The notes below the pieces were generated by a model. It did no database searches and was not told the origin of the DNA. It worked only from the letters and a program-made list of their open reading frames with translations. A stretch of 64,000 nucleotides of DNA from NCBI GenBank assembly GCA_013239625.1, contig MU053652.1:3647902-3711901 (forward strand). Direction: 5' to 3'. Made by a program: the position numbers and the translations under genes. Origin of the DNA: Lama guanicoe (lineage: Eukaryota). Positions 52,010 to 64,000 of the stretch are shown here, piece after piece; within the stretch, counting starts at the first letter, position 1, and every line of letters begins with the position of its first letter.

Positions 52010-52239
52010 AATATGTCTTTTGAATACCAGTAGAGAGAAACAAGGTTCTAGTAGAAAAATTTCATTAAAAAAATTTTTTTAGATAATGCATTGAGAATGT
52101 AAGCCATTGTTAAAATTTCTCTTTTTACTGGTATTCTGAAAATATAATTTTTTCAGGGTAGATTTTTTTTAAACGATTATGTCTGGCAGCTGAGGTAGAA
52201 CCTGCTTTCTCAGAAAATGGATTCGTCTTACATCATTTC

Positions 52240-53420
52240 TTCTAATGAGCTCCACAAATACATTGGATACCAGCTGTGTGCAGGGGATCATTCTAGGTGC
52301 TAGGAATATAAAAGTGAAAAAATTGCTCTTGTGACCCTTACATTCTTGGTGGTGGGAGGGGTGGGGATAAAGCAAAATTTAAACTGTCTGATAGCTTTAT
52401 GCAGAGAATTGATGTGATAGAATTGACATAATCACTACCTTAGGTTAGGTATTCAGGAAGGTCTTCCCTGACAAAGCAAATTTAAGCAGAAGTTTAAATG
52501 AAGAGGGAATAAAAGCCAGCCCTGATTCTCCAAGATCAGGAATGAGAGCATTTCAGGTAGAAGAAGTTGTAAAGAGACCCCAAGACAGGAGCTTAGTGTG
52601 CTTAAGGAAGAGAGATGAGGCTGGGAGGAGAGTGCGACATGGGAAGGGTCCAAGCAGTAGGCAGGGTGAGGTCCTGTAGGGCTTGGTAAGCCAGGTTGCG
52701 TTTTATTTTTAGTGTAATGGGAAAAAGTCATTACAATGTTTTAAACAGGTTCAGTCATCACTCTGCTGTTATGGGAAAAGAGTAGAGATACTAGTGGTTT
52801 GGATCAAACGGCCAAAGTTAAAAAACTGGTGTATGTAGATACACATTGCTTTGAAGAAATCTAGCTATATTGAGGAAAGCATACACACAAGGCTGGTACC
52901 TAGAGGAAGATAAAAAAGGAGGCTTTGTTTTTTATTTTATTTTATTTGAATAGGAGTTTCTGTAGCATGTTTATATGCTTGTTTTAGGGAGTTGTCTAGA
53001 AAAGAGGGAAACCTTGGTGATGCCAGAGGTCAAGGGGAGGATTAGAGGAGCAGTGTGCCTTTGAGACTGTAGGAAGGGACAAGATCAGAACACAAATAGA
53101 AGATTGGTACTTGAGAAGGCCATGAACATTTGAGCGAACTCTTAAGGAAGGAGGAATGAGCACGTATGGGGGGAGGATTTTGTTGGGCAAAGTGAGGGAT
53201 CCTACCAATTGGTACCCATTTTTCCAAAGAAAATTGACAGGGCTCTCAGGTCAAAGTGAGACATGGAGGACCAAAGGGAATGGGAGATTTGCAGAATAAT
53301 GGTAAAATGTTCAAGTCATTGGAGGAGGAGGAGCAAGCTACTAGAGAAAGGAGAGGGGAAAATTATAGGAGATGTTGAATCCACAAAAGTTTATAGAGCA
53401 TACTTTTTAAAGTTGGTATA
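52240..53420 (-). mobile_element. L2
   Basis: cattctaggtgctagga, tcaggaaggtcttccctga, gagcatttcaggtagaag, tgtaaagagaccc; purine-rich throughout. Confidence 0.7.
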
Positions 53421-53424
53421 TTTG

Positions 53425-53593
53425 TTTACTTATTTATGTCTTTCTTCCCTGCCAGCCCAATAAATACAAACTCCATGAAAGCAGTCCCTGGGTCTGTTTT
53501 ATTAACAGTCCTCCCCAACTGAGGGCCTGATACATTGCCTGTTTCGTAGGAGAATATTTATTGAATGAGTTAATGAATGAATGAGTGAGTGAG
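53425..53593 (+). mobile_element. L2 3' end with (TGAA)n tail
   Basis: aaactccatgaaagcag...aatatttattgaatgagttaatgaatgaatgagtgagtgag. Confidence 0.8.
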
Positions 53594-55049
53594 TGCCTAC
53601 TTAGTGGCACCCTCAAATTCAAGTATAGGGAATTGTGAATGATTGGTTTCCCCCAGTTGTCGATGGGAGTTTTGGTGGGAGAGGGCAGGAGATTTGCAGA
53701 GGATTGCTAGAAAGAGGTGATGGTAATGGCTCTTAAACCTAGTAAGAAATAGGGAAAATAGAAGGGTGGTAGGTAGGAAGAAAGAGGGAGGGTTAGTGGA
53801 TTAGAGTTCACAGTTGAAAGGATTGTTTTAGGGTGAGAAGCTCTTTGACAAAGATAGGAGACTGGTGGGTGAGTTTGCAATTTTGAAAGTGAAGCTATTT
53901 GTAGAGATGAGAAAGTTCAAGGTATATCCTAGGAGTGTGAATGAAATAGAACAGAGGAAAGATCATTGAGGAGAAGCTGAAGGAACTGAGAGGCCAGGGT
54001 GTCAGGAGTGTGGTAATGTCACTAAAAATGACAGACAGGAAGTAGTTGGTGGAGGAGAGACTTTGGAGCTGGGTGCGGAAGTTCTCAGTGATGGGAGAAG
54101 CCAGGGGTCAAAATGACCTTATCAATGAAAAACCCCTTAAAAAAAAAAAAGAAAACCCCTTGTTAGCAGTCTAATATGTACATTCATTCAGCTTCATCTT
54201 GCTATGTAGCCAGAGTAAAAGTATCAGTTGGCTTTCATTTCCATCCCCAGGCCACCTCTAAGGGGTAACCTTGCCTTTGCTTGCTTCTATGAGAAGATTT
54301 GTCCATTTCCTTCTTGAAGCCGGGTCATTATGTCGATTTTAATTCTGCCTTTGGCAATTCATTATTGTATAATCTTTCTATTTGCTGTATAAAAATTCCA
54401 CCTACCTTGCTGTTTGGGTTAGTTCCTACTTTAACTGTAGTAGGTGACCTCCAGCTTTTAAAAGTTGGTTATTCATTCTGACATCTTTTAGGCATTAAAT
54501 TCATTCCTTCCCCTTTAGGATTGGAGGTATAATGAAAACATACATCCTTAGCTTCATTTTTCTTCAAACTGAAATTCTTTTAAAAACAAATAACAGTAAT
54601 ATTTTAGTTTCCTTGGAGAAGCTTGTTCACACAGTTGAAGATTTATTCACATTCTTGGTGTTGGTGAAAACCATTTTGCTGAAAGGAACTTTGGAGATTA
54701 TATCATCCAGTTCCCTTATTTTAAGGTTGGTAAAAATGAGACGCAGGAAGGCGGAGATATATTACTACTGACTAGTTGCAGAGTCTGCCTTCTGGCTTCC
54801 AGTCTAGTGTTTTTTCCCTATACCAAATGGAATCGGAATGGTCTCTTGAATAATAAATATTAGAGTAACTGTATTTTCTATTTCCAGTGTGATACAGTTA
54901 TATAAAGAAGGCCCTAATATCCCAATAATCAAAGTATCTTCTAGTACTCTTGACAATTCCTAAAGGATTAAGAGATGAATATGTAGAGGCAGATATTTTT
55001 GTTTTTAGGATGAGGAAAGTAGATGAAATTACTTGCCTGAGCTCGTTAG

Positions 55050-55275
55050 CTGTAGTAACATCACTGAGTGCTTACTGTTTGCCAGTTACTGGTCAAATGA
55101 TGTGCGTATATTCGCTTAATCTTGATGATAGTCCTGTGATGTGTGGTTACCATTATTTAGCCTAGCTTTATGAATAAGGAATCAGAAAGGCGAAGAGATT
55201 CAGTAGCTCTAACTTGCCCAAGGCTCACAGTGGAACTTAGGCAGTCTGACTGGAGCCTGAGCTTTTAACCACGAC
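55050..55275 (-). mobile_element. MIR
   Basis: actgagtgcttactgtttgccag...taacttgcccaaggctcacag...ggcagtctgac...cttttaaccac. Confidence 0.7.
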
Positions 55276-58200
55276 TTTGTGTAATAAATGGCAGAGATTT
55301 GAAATTGGTCTCAAGATTTCAAGTCCAATGTGTTGTGTCCATACTCTTCTGGCTCTGACCATAGAAAGAAATCCTGCCTGATTCAGTGTGGTTATATGAA
55401 TGACCAGGAGAGTGAAAGATAAACTATGGAGACAGGAAAGAGATTACAATCTTCCAAAAGCAAAACTGCAGGAGAGTAGATTTAAGGTGCAGGTTTTGGT
55501 AATTTGCTAGGTTGGTAGAGGGTTATGCTGTTGAAGGATAACACTCCTTCTCTGAGTTATAAATGAACTTTTCTTATCCATCCAGCCCATTCCTCAGATT
55601 CCATATTATCAGAGAGAAAAGAGGACCCCTTGTTGAGTTTAGATCTCCTGAACACACACAGGATCAGTTCAGAAGTTCCCATGACACAGGGCAATGAGAG
55701 TGAGCTCCTTGCTTAGTTCCTCACCCAAGAAGAGACCGGCCCAGGTCCATCTCTCCTGAGTAGGAAAGGCTCAGCTCTCGGAAGAGACTTCTGCCCGGGT
55801 GCAGGCTACCACGGCCTGGGCCTGGCTGTCTGAGGTAAGATGAAAATCTATCCCAGGGTGCACTAATGCACAAAAGCTGGCAGTAAAGCTGTTGCCAGTG
55901 AAGTTGGCAGCATCCCGACTCCTTTTTTAGCTGCAACACCCTAACTGTAATCACTTCCTGCATGCTAGGAATGGAAATCCAAGTTATTGCCCTTAAAAAA
56001 TTTATAGTCTGAGATACTACTAGGGGAGATGGGACTCAACGTTTAATATATTTTTTTAACAATTACATTTATTTAAAAAAATAGAGAATTAATCAGTTTG
56101 ATTCTGAATGATCTACTTTATGTGGGCATTTGTCCTCAAGATAGACTATCAGAATAATTTAAGGTATTTACTTACGGTTTTCTCACAGGAATTCATAAGC
56201 TTGTAATTAAATTGCATCTGCCTCAGCTGCCTCAGTCCAGGTTCATTTCAGGCCTGGGATAGCGCTGCCATTTTTGCCTTTGGTGCTTTTCACCCCTTTA
56301 CCTCAGGGCAGATTTACCTTGTTTCATGAGTCACTTGTTTGACCTCTCATTGCTTCAGGATTATTCTGGGTAGGATTTCTGAATAGGTGACTGGCCCTAA
56401 GTATTTCATTCTATCCACAAATTTGAACATTAAAAATATCCCCACAATTAAAGGAAACAGAGATGGGAAATACAATTAATTTTTGCCTCTTTTATTTACA
56501 TATCAATACACTATCAGTTATTTGAAAGTGTGTACAGCTTTGTAAAGATCCAAACCCCTGCCCCAGAATTGGACACAGAAACAGGCTGAAATCAAAACCA
56601 GTTTTCAGCATGACTCGGCAAGGCACTATTTACTTTCTCTGCCCATTAGTCTATGGGTCAGGAGATTTGCTATTCTAGAGTGGTTGAATATTTGAGTAGA
56701 ACAAGCAAAAAAGCATGGCATATTTTCCTGTTTTAATAATCTGTGCTTTTATTTTTAAAGATACATAGTTTTGCATCAACTAAAAGCATGGTTTGGATCT
56801 TTCTCCAGAATTACAAATCTCCTGATTCCCTTCTAATAAAAGATAGAGGATAGAGATGGTTAACTTTTTAGCTTAGCATTTGTACCTGTTGTCCCCTTTT
56901 CACAAGAGCTTGAGCCACGTCAGAGAATAATTGCCCAAAAGATTTCAAACAACGGAGCTTTGAGTTTTATCTGACCAAATCACTGTGATTTATCGTTAGA
57001 AAATGTCTGATAGTGAATAAAATCTTAAATCATGTGGATTAAAAATGACTTGCTGCTTCTACTTATGTTTCCATTACAAACAGTTTTCAAAATATGTTCT
57101 CTTAAAATATCTTCAAAATAGTTCCTGGTCGAATGGAAACAAGTGTTGGGAAAATTCTCTTGTTGCAGACATATTCATTAGTGTGGTGATAGCATTGCCA
57201 AAAGGAAGGAAAACATGCCAGGGCAAACACGCTCAGTCCTGAGAACGTTCCTTCTCTGAATTCCTAGCCTGTTCTTTCTTCGTCTCCTCCCCTCCTTGTC
57301 CAGAAGTTCCATTGTTGTCGTCATGATCCAGAATGTAAATGGCTTTGCCAGAAATGCTGTCCACAGCTTGTCCAAGAACAAATATAAAGGAGATACTTAC
57401 GCCCCTTTCCATTTATTTGCTTTGGGTATTTTTCTAACAATTGAAAAAGCCTAGCATAGGAAGAGATGGTTATAGTGTGGAAATTGTTTTTTGGTAGAAT
57501 TGGTCTGGCTATGCTTGTTCCTCAAAGGCAAGGTTATAAACTGTTTCTGCCTACTTTGGAATAGTCAGCGGGTTTTGTGTCTCTTTGCAGTATTTTAGTA
57601 TGTTGGTAGCTTTGTATTATATTCTCCAGAAGACTTCTGTACTGAAAGTGTGCCTTACATTTCCCCTTAAGTCCTCTATTCTCAGAGCTTTGGCTATTGT
57701 TATTAAACCCTAGATATTAGAGTTGATGGTCCTTTTACAAACAGGAAGAGTGGAGATTTTGGAGATCATATAATCCAACTATTTCTCTCTGTAGGTAAAG
57801 AAACAGAGCCACAAAAGTATGGTGACCTGCTCAAGGCCTGCAGTTAATAGAGTTGGGACTAGTAGCCAAGTTCCTATTAGTACTTTCCTCTTTCCAGTGC
57901 GGGTCTGCCCTCTGTCTCAGAGCTCAGATGGGGCTTTATATTTAGCAGGGGCACTGGGGACTGGGCTCCAACCCATTTATTGCTAGAGAATATGTTTACT
58001 AAGCCCTTTTTGGCCCTCTTTATTATGCAGTCTTGGACTCAACCAAACCAAAAGTCTAGATTTAACTGGAAACAGTGTGGAAACTATATTGATTCCAAAT
58101 GTAATCTCCTTAATCTTTCAGAGACAGTTCTGATAAACATTTAAAGCTCTCTTCACCATAGCTGTTTGCTTATGCCTTTGAGGTTCCCTGTGACAACAGA

Positions 58201-58389
58201 TTATTGAAGCTTATTCTTACTGTAGAAGAGACGGCCCATTCTGTTTTCCTTGAGATCTGCCATTCCCCAGCACTGAGGTGCTGTGACCTGATTGAGCTGT
58301 TTCCTGATTAGCCTTTTGTTTTGGAGATAAGCCTGTTGTTAAAAACAAACACAAAAATTTAAAGGATTTGTATGTCGATGTTCTAGCAG

Positions 58390-58760
58390 CAGTCTCATTG
58401 GCTTGCCACCTCCCTCAGAATGAAAGCCAGCATCCTTAATAAGACCACAAATGCTCACCACCTCTCTGACCTCACTTCTTGTCTTCTCCATATTCATTCC
58501 ACTTCAGTTTCACTAGTCTCTGTGCTGGTCTTCAAACACATCAAGCAGACTCATGATGCACGGTGCACTTGGCTGTTCATGCTTTGTACACACTCTCCCC
58601 CCAGATGCTGAATGACTCCTTCACCTCCTTCAAATTGAGCCACCTTCTCAGTAAGGCTCTCCCTCCCCATCCTATTTAAAGATGCAGCTCCCACCTCAGC
58701 ATTCCTATTCCAGGTCCCCTTCTTTTCTGTGTTTTCCTCCAGAAAACTTGCCACCTTCTC
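58390..58760 (+). mobile_element. L2 fragment
   Basis: cctctctgacctca, ttcaaacacatcaagc, ctccttcacctccttcaa, caccttctcagtaaggc. Confidence 0.7.
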
Positions 58761-59639
58761 TTAACAGAGCACTTTTGTTTTCTAAAGAACTTTCCAGGTC
58801 ATTCTTAACCTGGAGGCCGTATTGGGAACTTTTGCCATAGACAAGGTTGCTTCACTTGATATTACTTATGAGAATTCTTATCAGGGGCAGGATTTTAAGT
58901 ATCAAGAATGAGTTTCAAGTTCTTAATTGTAGCTTCAAGCAAAATATGTTTTGCATAATAGAACAAGTCCCTAAATTAAACCCATATAGTAGCAACATTA
59001 ATGTTTCCCACTCATCAGGAAGTTTCTGGGCTGTTGTAATAACAGTACATTCCTATATGTATCTAACCTTGAAGACTGCAGACTTTATAACCTGAGGATC
59101 TTCTGACTTTTGTAACGAATTAGTATTATTTAAACAAGAGTGTTTAAGATATGAGATCTCAAATAAAATAGCTGATTTTAGTGACTTCCTTAGATGGGTT
59201 TAGCACTAGATAACCTATGTATAATTAGGTCTACTTTAGAGTGATTGCTGCTATTCATAATTTTTCAATTGAAAGTTTTTTCCAACTATTAAAATTACAC
59301 ATTATAGAAATTTTGGAAAGTCAGAAGAATAGTAGTAGAAGAAATTATGGGAGAGTCTCTCAGAGTTGACTACTGCTGACGCTTGTTTCCTTGCAGCCTT
59401 TTTCCATTGCTGTGCTCCTGCTTCTGGTATAGGAGTGGGAGTGGTTTGAAAAGGATAACAGAGAAAATATTCCCACCAAGAATTAAGTGCTATTAATAGC
59501 TGTACATGTTTGCTTCCACTTTTTTATCTATGTGTACATACACACTTTTTTTAAGCAGAGCAAATAATATACAAGCACATTATCTCTTTTTAGTATATGT
59601 CCTGCCAAAGCAAGCAGTATCTCTTTTTTAAAGGAATAT

Positions 59640-60075
59640 AGTTTTACAGATAAATTCTTTGATCACCGTTTCTCATTCTGTTCCCTTTTCCCACCATGAC
59701 CTTGGCCCTGCACCCTCACTGAAGTAATTAACTCTTGTAAATTTGGTTTAAGTTGGTCCAGCACAGTTTTCTATACTTGTTACCATAGAGAATATGTAGT
59801 GTTGCTTTGTTTTAGTTTATGTAAATGGTATCATGCTATAAATACATCATTTTGTAACTTATTTTCCCCCCTCAGCTTTGGCTGTATCCAATTTGATACG
59901 TACTGACCTAGTTCACTATCTTGGCTGTGTGGGACTCCCAGTATATGGATGTACTACAAGTTGCTCCAGTCCCTTGTTGATGGGGTTGAATTTGGTTCTT
60001 GGCTTTTTTAAACAATGCTGCAACAGATATCCTTGTGAATCTTCTTGGACATGTGTGTTAGTGCTTTTCTAGGGT
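59640..60075 (-). mobile_element. old L1ME-type fragment
   Basis: tatgtaaatggtatcatgcta, aacaatgctgcaacagatatccttgt, cttggacatgtgtg. Confidence 0.55.
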
Positions 60076-60479
60076 TACATAGAATTTTTATTCTGTTTTT
60101 TCTTCTCTTAATATTAAGACATGAAAGTTTCCATTGGCTAAGTATAATCTCTTCAGAAACACATACCTTTTAAATACAGACTTTGAAACATCTTTATGGT
60201 AAAATTAGTATGAAATAGTAATTGGGCACAAGTCTTTTTGCATCAGAGTAATTTAAACATGGCATAGGCCTCTCTTGATGTTAGAGGATAAAACATTAAG
60301 CTATTTCAACACAAAAGATTAAAAAAACAAAAGTTAGAAGCCTGGTTAGTACTTGGAGTGGCTAGAGCAAGTGAGACTGGAAATACCTCAGATTTCATAG
60401 TCTTAGCCTCATTTTCTAAGCTAGAGAATTTTCTTAGATTTTCAGAGATGACCACTGTCACCTCATCCTTGAGGATCCT

Positions 60480-60710
60480 CTTTTGATGCCACTTGTCTGC
60501 ATCTTTCCTGACACCTTCCTCTCCCCAAATGTGCTACCCCGACTGTCAGTCACCTCTTTGTGCACATTGCAGTTATTTCTTCATGTCTCTTGTCCCACTG
60601 TTCCAGTGACCTCCTCCAGAAGAGTATTCTGTCTTATTTGGTTTTGTACCCAAAATAAACACTGTGCCTGACACATAGGTGTTGACCAAACATATTTTGA
60701 ATGAATGAAA
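60480..60710 (+). mobile_element. L2 3' end
   Basis: cactgtgcctgacacataggtgttgaccaaacatattttgaatgaatgaa. Confidence 0.75.
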
Positions 60711-61717
60711 GAGAACCTATGTGAGGTGAAGGGGTGAGGGTGGGATTGGGACATAGTGATGGGCGCTTTAGTAAAGAACTTCAATTTATTCAAAGGATGG
60801 AACAGAATGAGGAAGTTGTAAAAGGAAGTGAGGTGATAAAGATGACAAAGTGACAGCTTTGACAGTGGATCTCTGCTTTAGCATGTTGTCATTTGTTTAT
60901 ACACAGACTGATTAAATCACTAGTTTTAAGTTAGAAAATAAATTAATTTCTCCTTGGAATTTAAATGTCAATATATTTGTTTAAAAGTATGTGTATGTAT
61001 ATACATATATATATACTTGTTTTTCTAGGAACAAATAAAAAAACTTGAATCTCTGACAGATATAGCCATCCTATGGAATTTTTTTTAACTCTTTGCCTAA
61101 TTTCTTGGTTGCCCCAATTTTAATCAAAACTGGGTTTCCTGGAATGAATAGACTATAAAATTAAAGGAAATATTTTGGTCACTATTCTTATGCAATCATT
61201 TGTGGTTTGGAAGAGAACTTCTTTAGCGTTTCAACAGCTTCATTCATGTTCTGCACACGGTATAGCAGAATGATGCCAGTAACTGAGCTACAGAAGGAGA
61301 AGTTCAAATGCAGAACCTCCACATTTAGAAGTTGAACAATAAAACTTTTGGAAGGGAAGTCAAGAGTAGCTTAACTTTTTATCATGGCACTAGTTATAAG
61401 CCATTTAGTACTATACATCTTCTTGGCAAGTACCTCCATAGCTCAGAAAACAGTTTCTTTTAATGACGTTTTTGTATTAGAAGCCGCATTGCTCTCACTA
61501 GAGTTTTGCTCATTTGATTAATAGAACTCTGGTGTACTTTAAGCGACACTGTCAGGGGAGTATGTTCTTACCAGTAAACAAAGATCTAAAATTGAAAGTA
61601 ATGAGTTACGGGTACCATCACCTTTTCTACTACTGAAATTGTTTCCAGCACTGAAATACTTTAAAACTGGTAATTCTCTGGATACTTTTTGCTGCTAATG
61701 AACATCTCTTTTTACAG

Positions 61718-61757
61718 GATTCATGAATAAAATTTTCCATCCCAACATTGATGAAGC
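61718..61757 (+). CDS. UBE2H: UBE2H coding exon 4, 40 nt, phase 1 to phase 2
   Basis: Branch-like CTAAT at 61695-61699, acceptor ctctttttacAG and donor GTAAGT at 61758. Translates (G)FMNKIFHPNIDE(A), containing the E2 HPN motif. Confidence 0.97.
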
Positions 61758-62309
61758 GTAAGTAACTATTTAAAATGTTTAAAACTTAGCAGCAACCACT
61801 CTTGATTAGAGTTCATCTCTCTCTTCATTATAAAAAAAAAGCCTCAGTTACCTTTTTGGATTTTATCAACAGATAGAACTGTAAGAATGGTCATTTAAAC
61901 TGTGGAATTCCGGGAATATGATATTCTAAACCACTTAGTTCAGAATCTACTGTTGGACTGCTTGGATTTTTCCATTGTCATGGATGGGTCCATCATTTCC
62001 CTTGATACCCAGCTAACATTTGTAATATTCCACTCTCCATTCTCTTTGTATAGACACAATTCAGAGATCTGTTTTCAGCTTACAGATTATTATTTTCAGC
62101 CCTTAAAGTGTTTCTCAATTCTTGAGAGTAAAGCAAACATGAATAAGTAGTTTGATTTCAGTTAATGAATCTTAATTGTCCCTTTCTTCTGACATTTTAT
62201 TAGTGATATTTAAAAATGTGATACTAATGCCTCCCACTTTGCACTTCCAGTGCTGTTTAGAAGACATTATTTGTCCTGCAGTTTTTCTTTCTCGTGCCAC
62301 TAAATTTTG

Positions 62310-62950
62310 GTATTATCCACATGCATGTACATGTGAAGTATTACGAACTGTGAGAGTAGGTTTTACATATACATCACACCCCATTGTCCTTTAATGCTTT
62401 CCTGTATCAGTCATCCTAATGACAGAGATGTTCTCTTATGTAACCACAGTATCGTCCTCAGATTCAGGAACTGAGTATTAATGCAGTACTTTTTCATCTG
62501 CTGCCATATTCCAGTTATGTACTTTTTTAGCACCTTTTTTTTTTCGTTTATTAAAGGATCCAGTCCAGTATCATGTATTACACTTAGTTGCCGTGTTTCT
62601 TTAAACTACTTTAACCTGGAACAGTTCCTCACCTTTTTATAAAATTTTTAAAGAATAAAGACCAGTTATTGTATAGATGTCTCTCAGTTTGGGTTTGTGT
62701 GATTTTTCCTTCTAAGGTTCAGAGTCTGCGTTTAAGGTGAGAAAACCACACAGTGAGATTGTGTCCTCTTCAGGGTGTCCTGTTCAGAGGCACACAGTCT
62801 CTCTGTCCTGATACCTGTGTTAATTCTGACCACCTGGTTAAGGTGTTGTCTGGTTTCTCCGTTGTGTAGTTACGGTTTTTCCCTTTCAATCTGTAAGGAG
62901 ACACTTAAGACCTTGTATATAGTCTGCTCTTCCTCATACTTTCCCCAACT
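62310..62950 (-). mobile_element. old L1M (L1MC/L1ME) 3' fragment
   Basis: ttctcttatgtaaccacagta, aggatccagtccag, tttaacctggaacagttcctca, tctgaccacctggttaaggtgttgtctg. Confidence 0.7.
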
Positions 62951-63078
62951 GGGATTCTTTGGGGGTTTTTTAATATGAACTAATAAAAATATTTTTCCTG
63001 ATAATAAAATTAGTTGCCAGATATATGCAACTAACTTTCTAATTTTTAAAAAAATGCCGTTCTTTCCATCTGTTTCAG

Positions 63079-63131
63079 GTCAGGAACTGTGTGTCTAGAT
63101 GTAATTAATCAAACTTGGACAGCTCTCTATG
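63079..63131 (+). CDS. UBE2H: UBE2H coding exon 5, 53 nt, phase 2 to phase 1; contains the catalytic Cys (TGT 63092-63094, Cys87 by human numbering)
   Basis: Acceptor tctttccatctgtttcAG and donor GTGAGT at 63132. Translates (A)SGTVCLDVINQTWTALY(D), in frame with exon 4. Confidence 0.97.
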
Positions 63132-64000
63132 GTGAGTTTGGCCATGGAATATTTTTTAGAGATGTTGAGACACTGCCTAAAAAAATGTTGTTTGGATTTT
63201 CTTCTCTGGTTTAAGATGTTTTGTTGGGAATGGGAAGGGATTTTGAAGTCCTGGTGGGAAAATTTGATCAGTGAAAGAAGTATTTTCTCATGAGTACAAA
63301 CTTCGGGTTAGCAGTGGAAGTTTACAATCATCTTGTAAGATTCTGAAATAAAGGTATAGTGATACACATATGGAGACACATAAATACATATGCAAACATT
63401 TTATATATTTGTGTATTCCAAATACATGTGTATTCCAAAGCACACTGTATACATGTTTATCTGTAATGCCTTTTAGTTTTGTAAAAACTCTTAAGAATGT
63501 CCCTGTGAAATGAGATGATATATTAGGAGGTTTGGGGGATCATCTGTTTCAAAGGTCAAAACTTCATTATGAAGCAAAGAATAATTTAGCCTTACCTTCA
63601 GTTCTGAAATTGACATCTCACCTCTTAGCAGTGAATTAACACATAAATTGAGATCAGAGAGAGAGATTGTATTAGACTTTCTCCCCATGAGCTCCCCAGT
63701 TTGGTTGGGGAGCTAAAAATACTTCTAAATATTTTTAAAGTCAATTAGGGATACAACAAATCTGTCTGTCCTCTCCACGTGTCCAAGTCCTCGGGCTTCA
63801 TAGACTCTCCATGCTCTCATGCCCCTACCCCATGAAGCGTTCCCTGATGCTCCAGATGGAAGTAATCTCTGGACATGCCTACATTTTATAGCTCTTTTTC
63901 TTGTGGCCTGCTTTTACTTTCTACCTTATGTTCGTTGTTTGCACCTACATCTTTTGTGCTACTGGATTATTTCCTGCCCTAAAGGCTGTCAGGATGCCCA

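Noticed and set aside
63079..63083. Tandem acceptor CAG|GTCAG| at exon 5
   Set aside because: The second AG is explained by the coding sequence (GCG TCA GGA); its use would frameshift and there is no evidence for it.
557..63688. Remaining 60-150 aa ORFs in the supplied track
   Set aside because: Low-complexity F/L/S-rich translations of intron or repeat sequence with no recognisable domains. The real exons are too short to appear in the track.
1..64000. CRISPR array, prokaryotic operon or novel multi-gene system
   Set aside because: The sequence is mammalian intron with spliceosomal exons; no regularly spaced repeat-spacer array or dense coding region was seen.

Overview
Mammalian genomic DNA lying entirely inside the UBE2H gene (ubiquitin-conjugating enzyme E2 H) on the + strand. 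It is probably from a camelid, judging by two Vic-1-like tRNA-derived SINEs and no recognisable Alu, BovB/Bov-A2 or PRE-1. Bases 1-45007 are the 3' part of a long first intron. Four coding exons follow (45008-45084, 45679-45753, 61718-61757, 63079-63131); they splice in frame to residues ~18-100 of UBE2H, including the HPN motif and the catalytic Cys. The first and last exons lie outside the window. The rest is intron filled with old repeats (L2, MIR, L1M, MLT1, hAT-Charlie, MER104-like), younger 5'-truncated L1 copies with visible target-site duplications (TSDs), a 25-nt U6 retrocopy and one 70-N assembly gap. None of the ORFs in the supplied track is a real host gene; the better-looking ones are L1 ORF2 C-terminal remnants. 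I did not find a new multi-gene system. The most notable signals are small: an L1 truncated exactly where its target site is complementary to the L1 RNA (abortive twin-priming geometry), a perfect four-unit heat-shock element beside a TATA-like box in intron 1, a probable L1 3' transduction, a tailless U6 retrocopy, candidate poison exons, ARE/NF-E2 motifs and two perfect inverted repeats. Repeat family names come from recalled consensus sequences and boundaries of old repeats are approximate.
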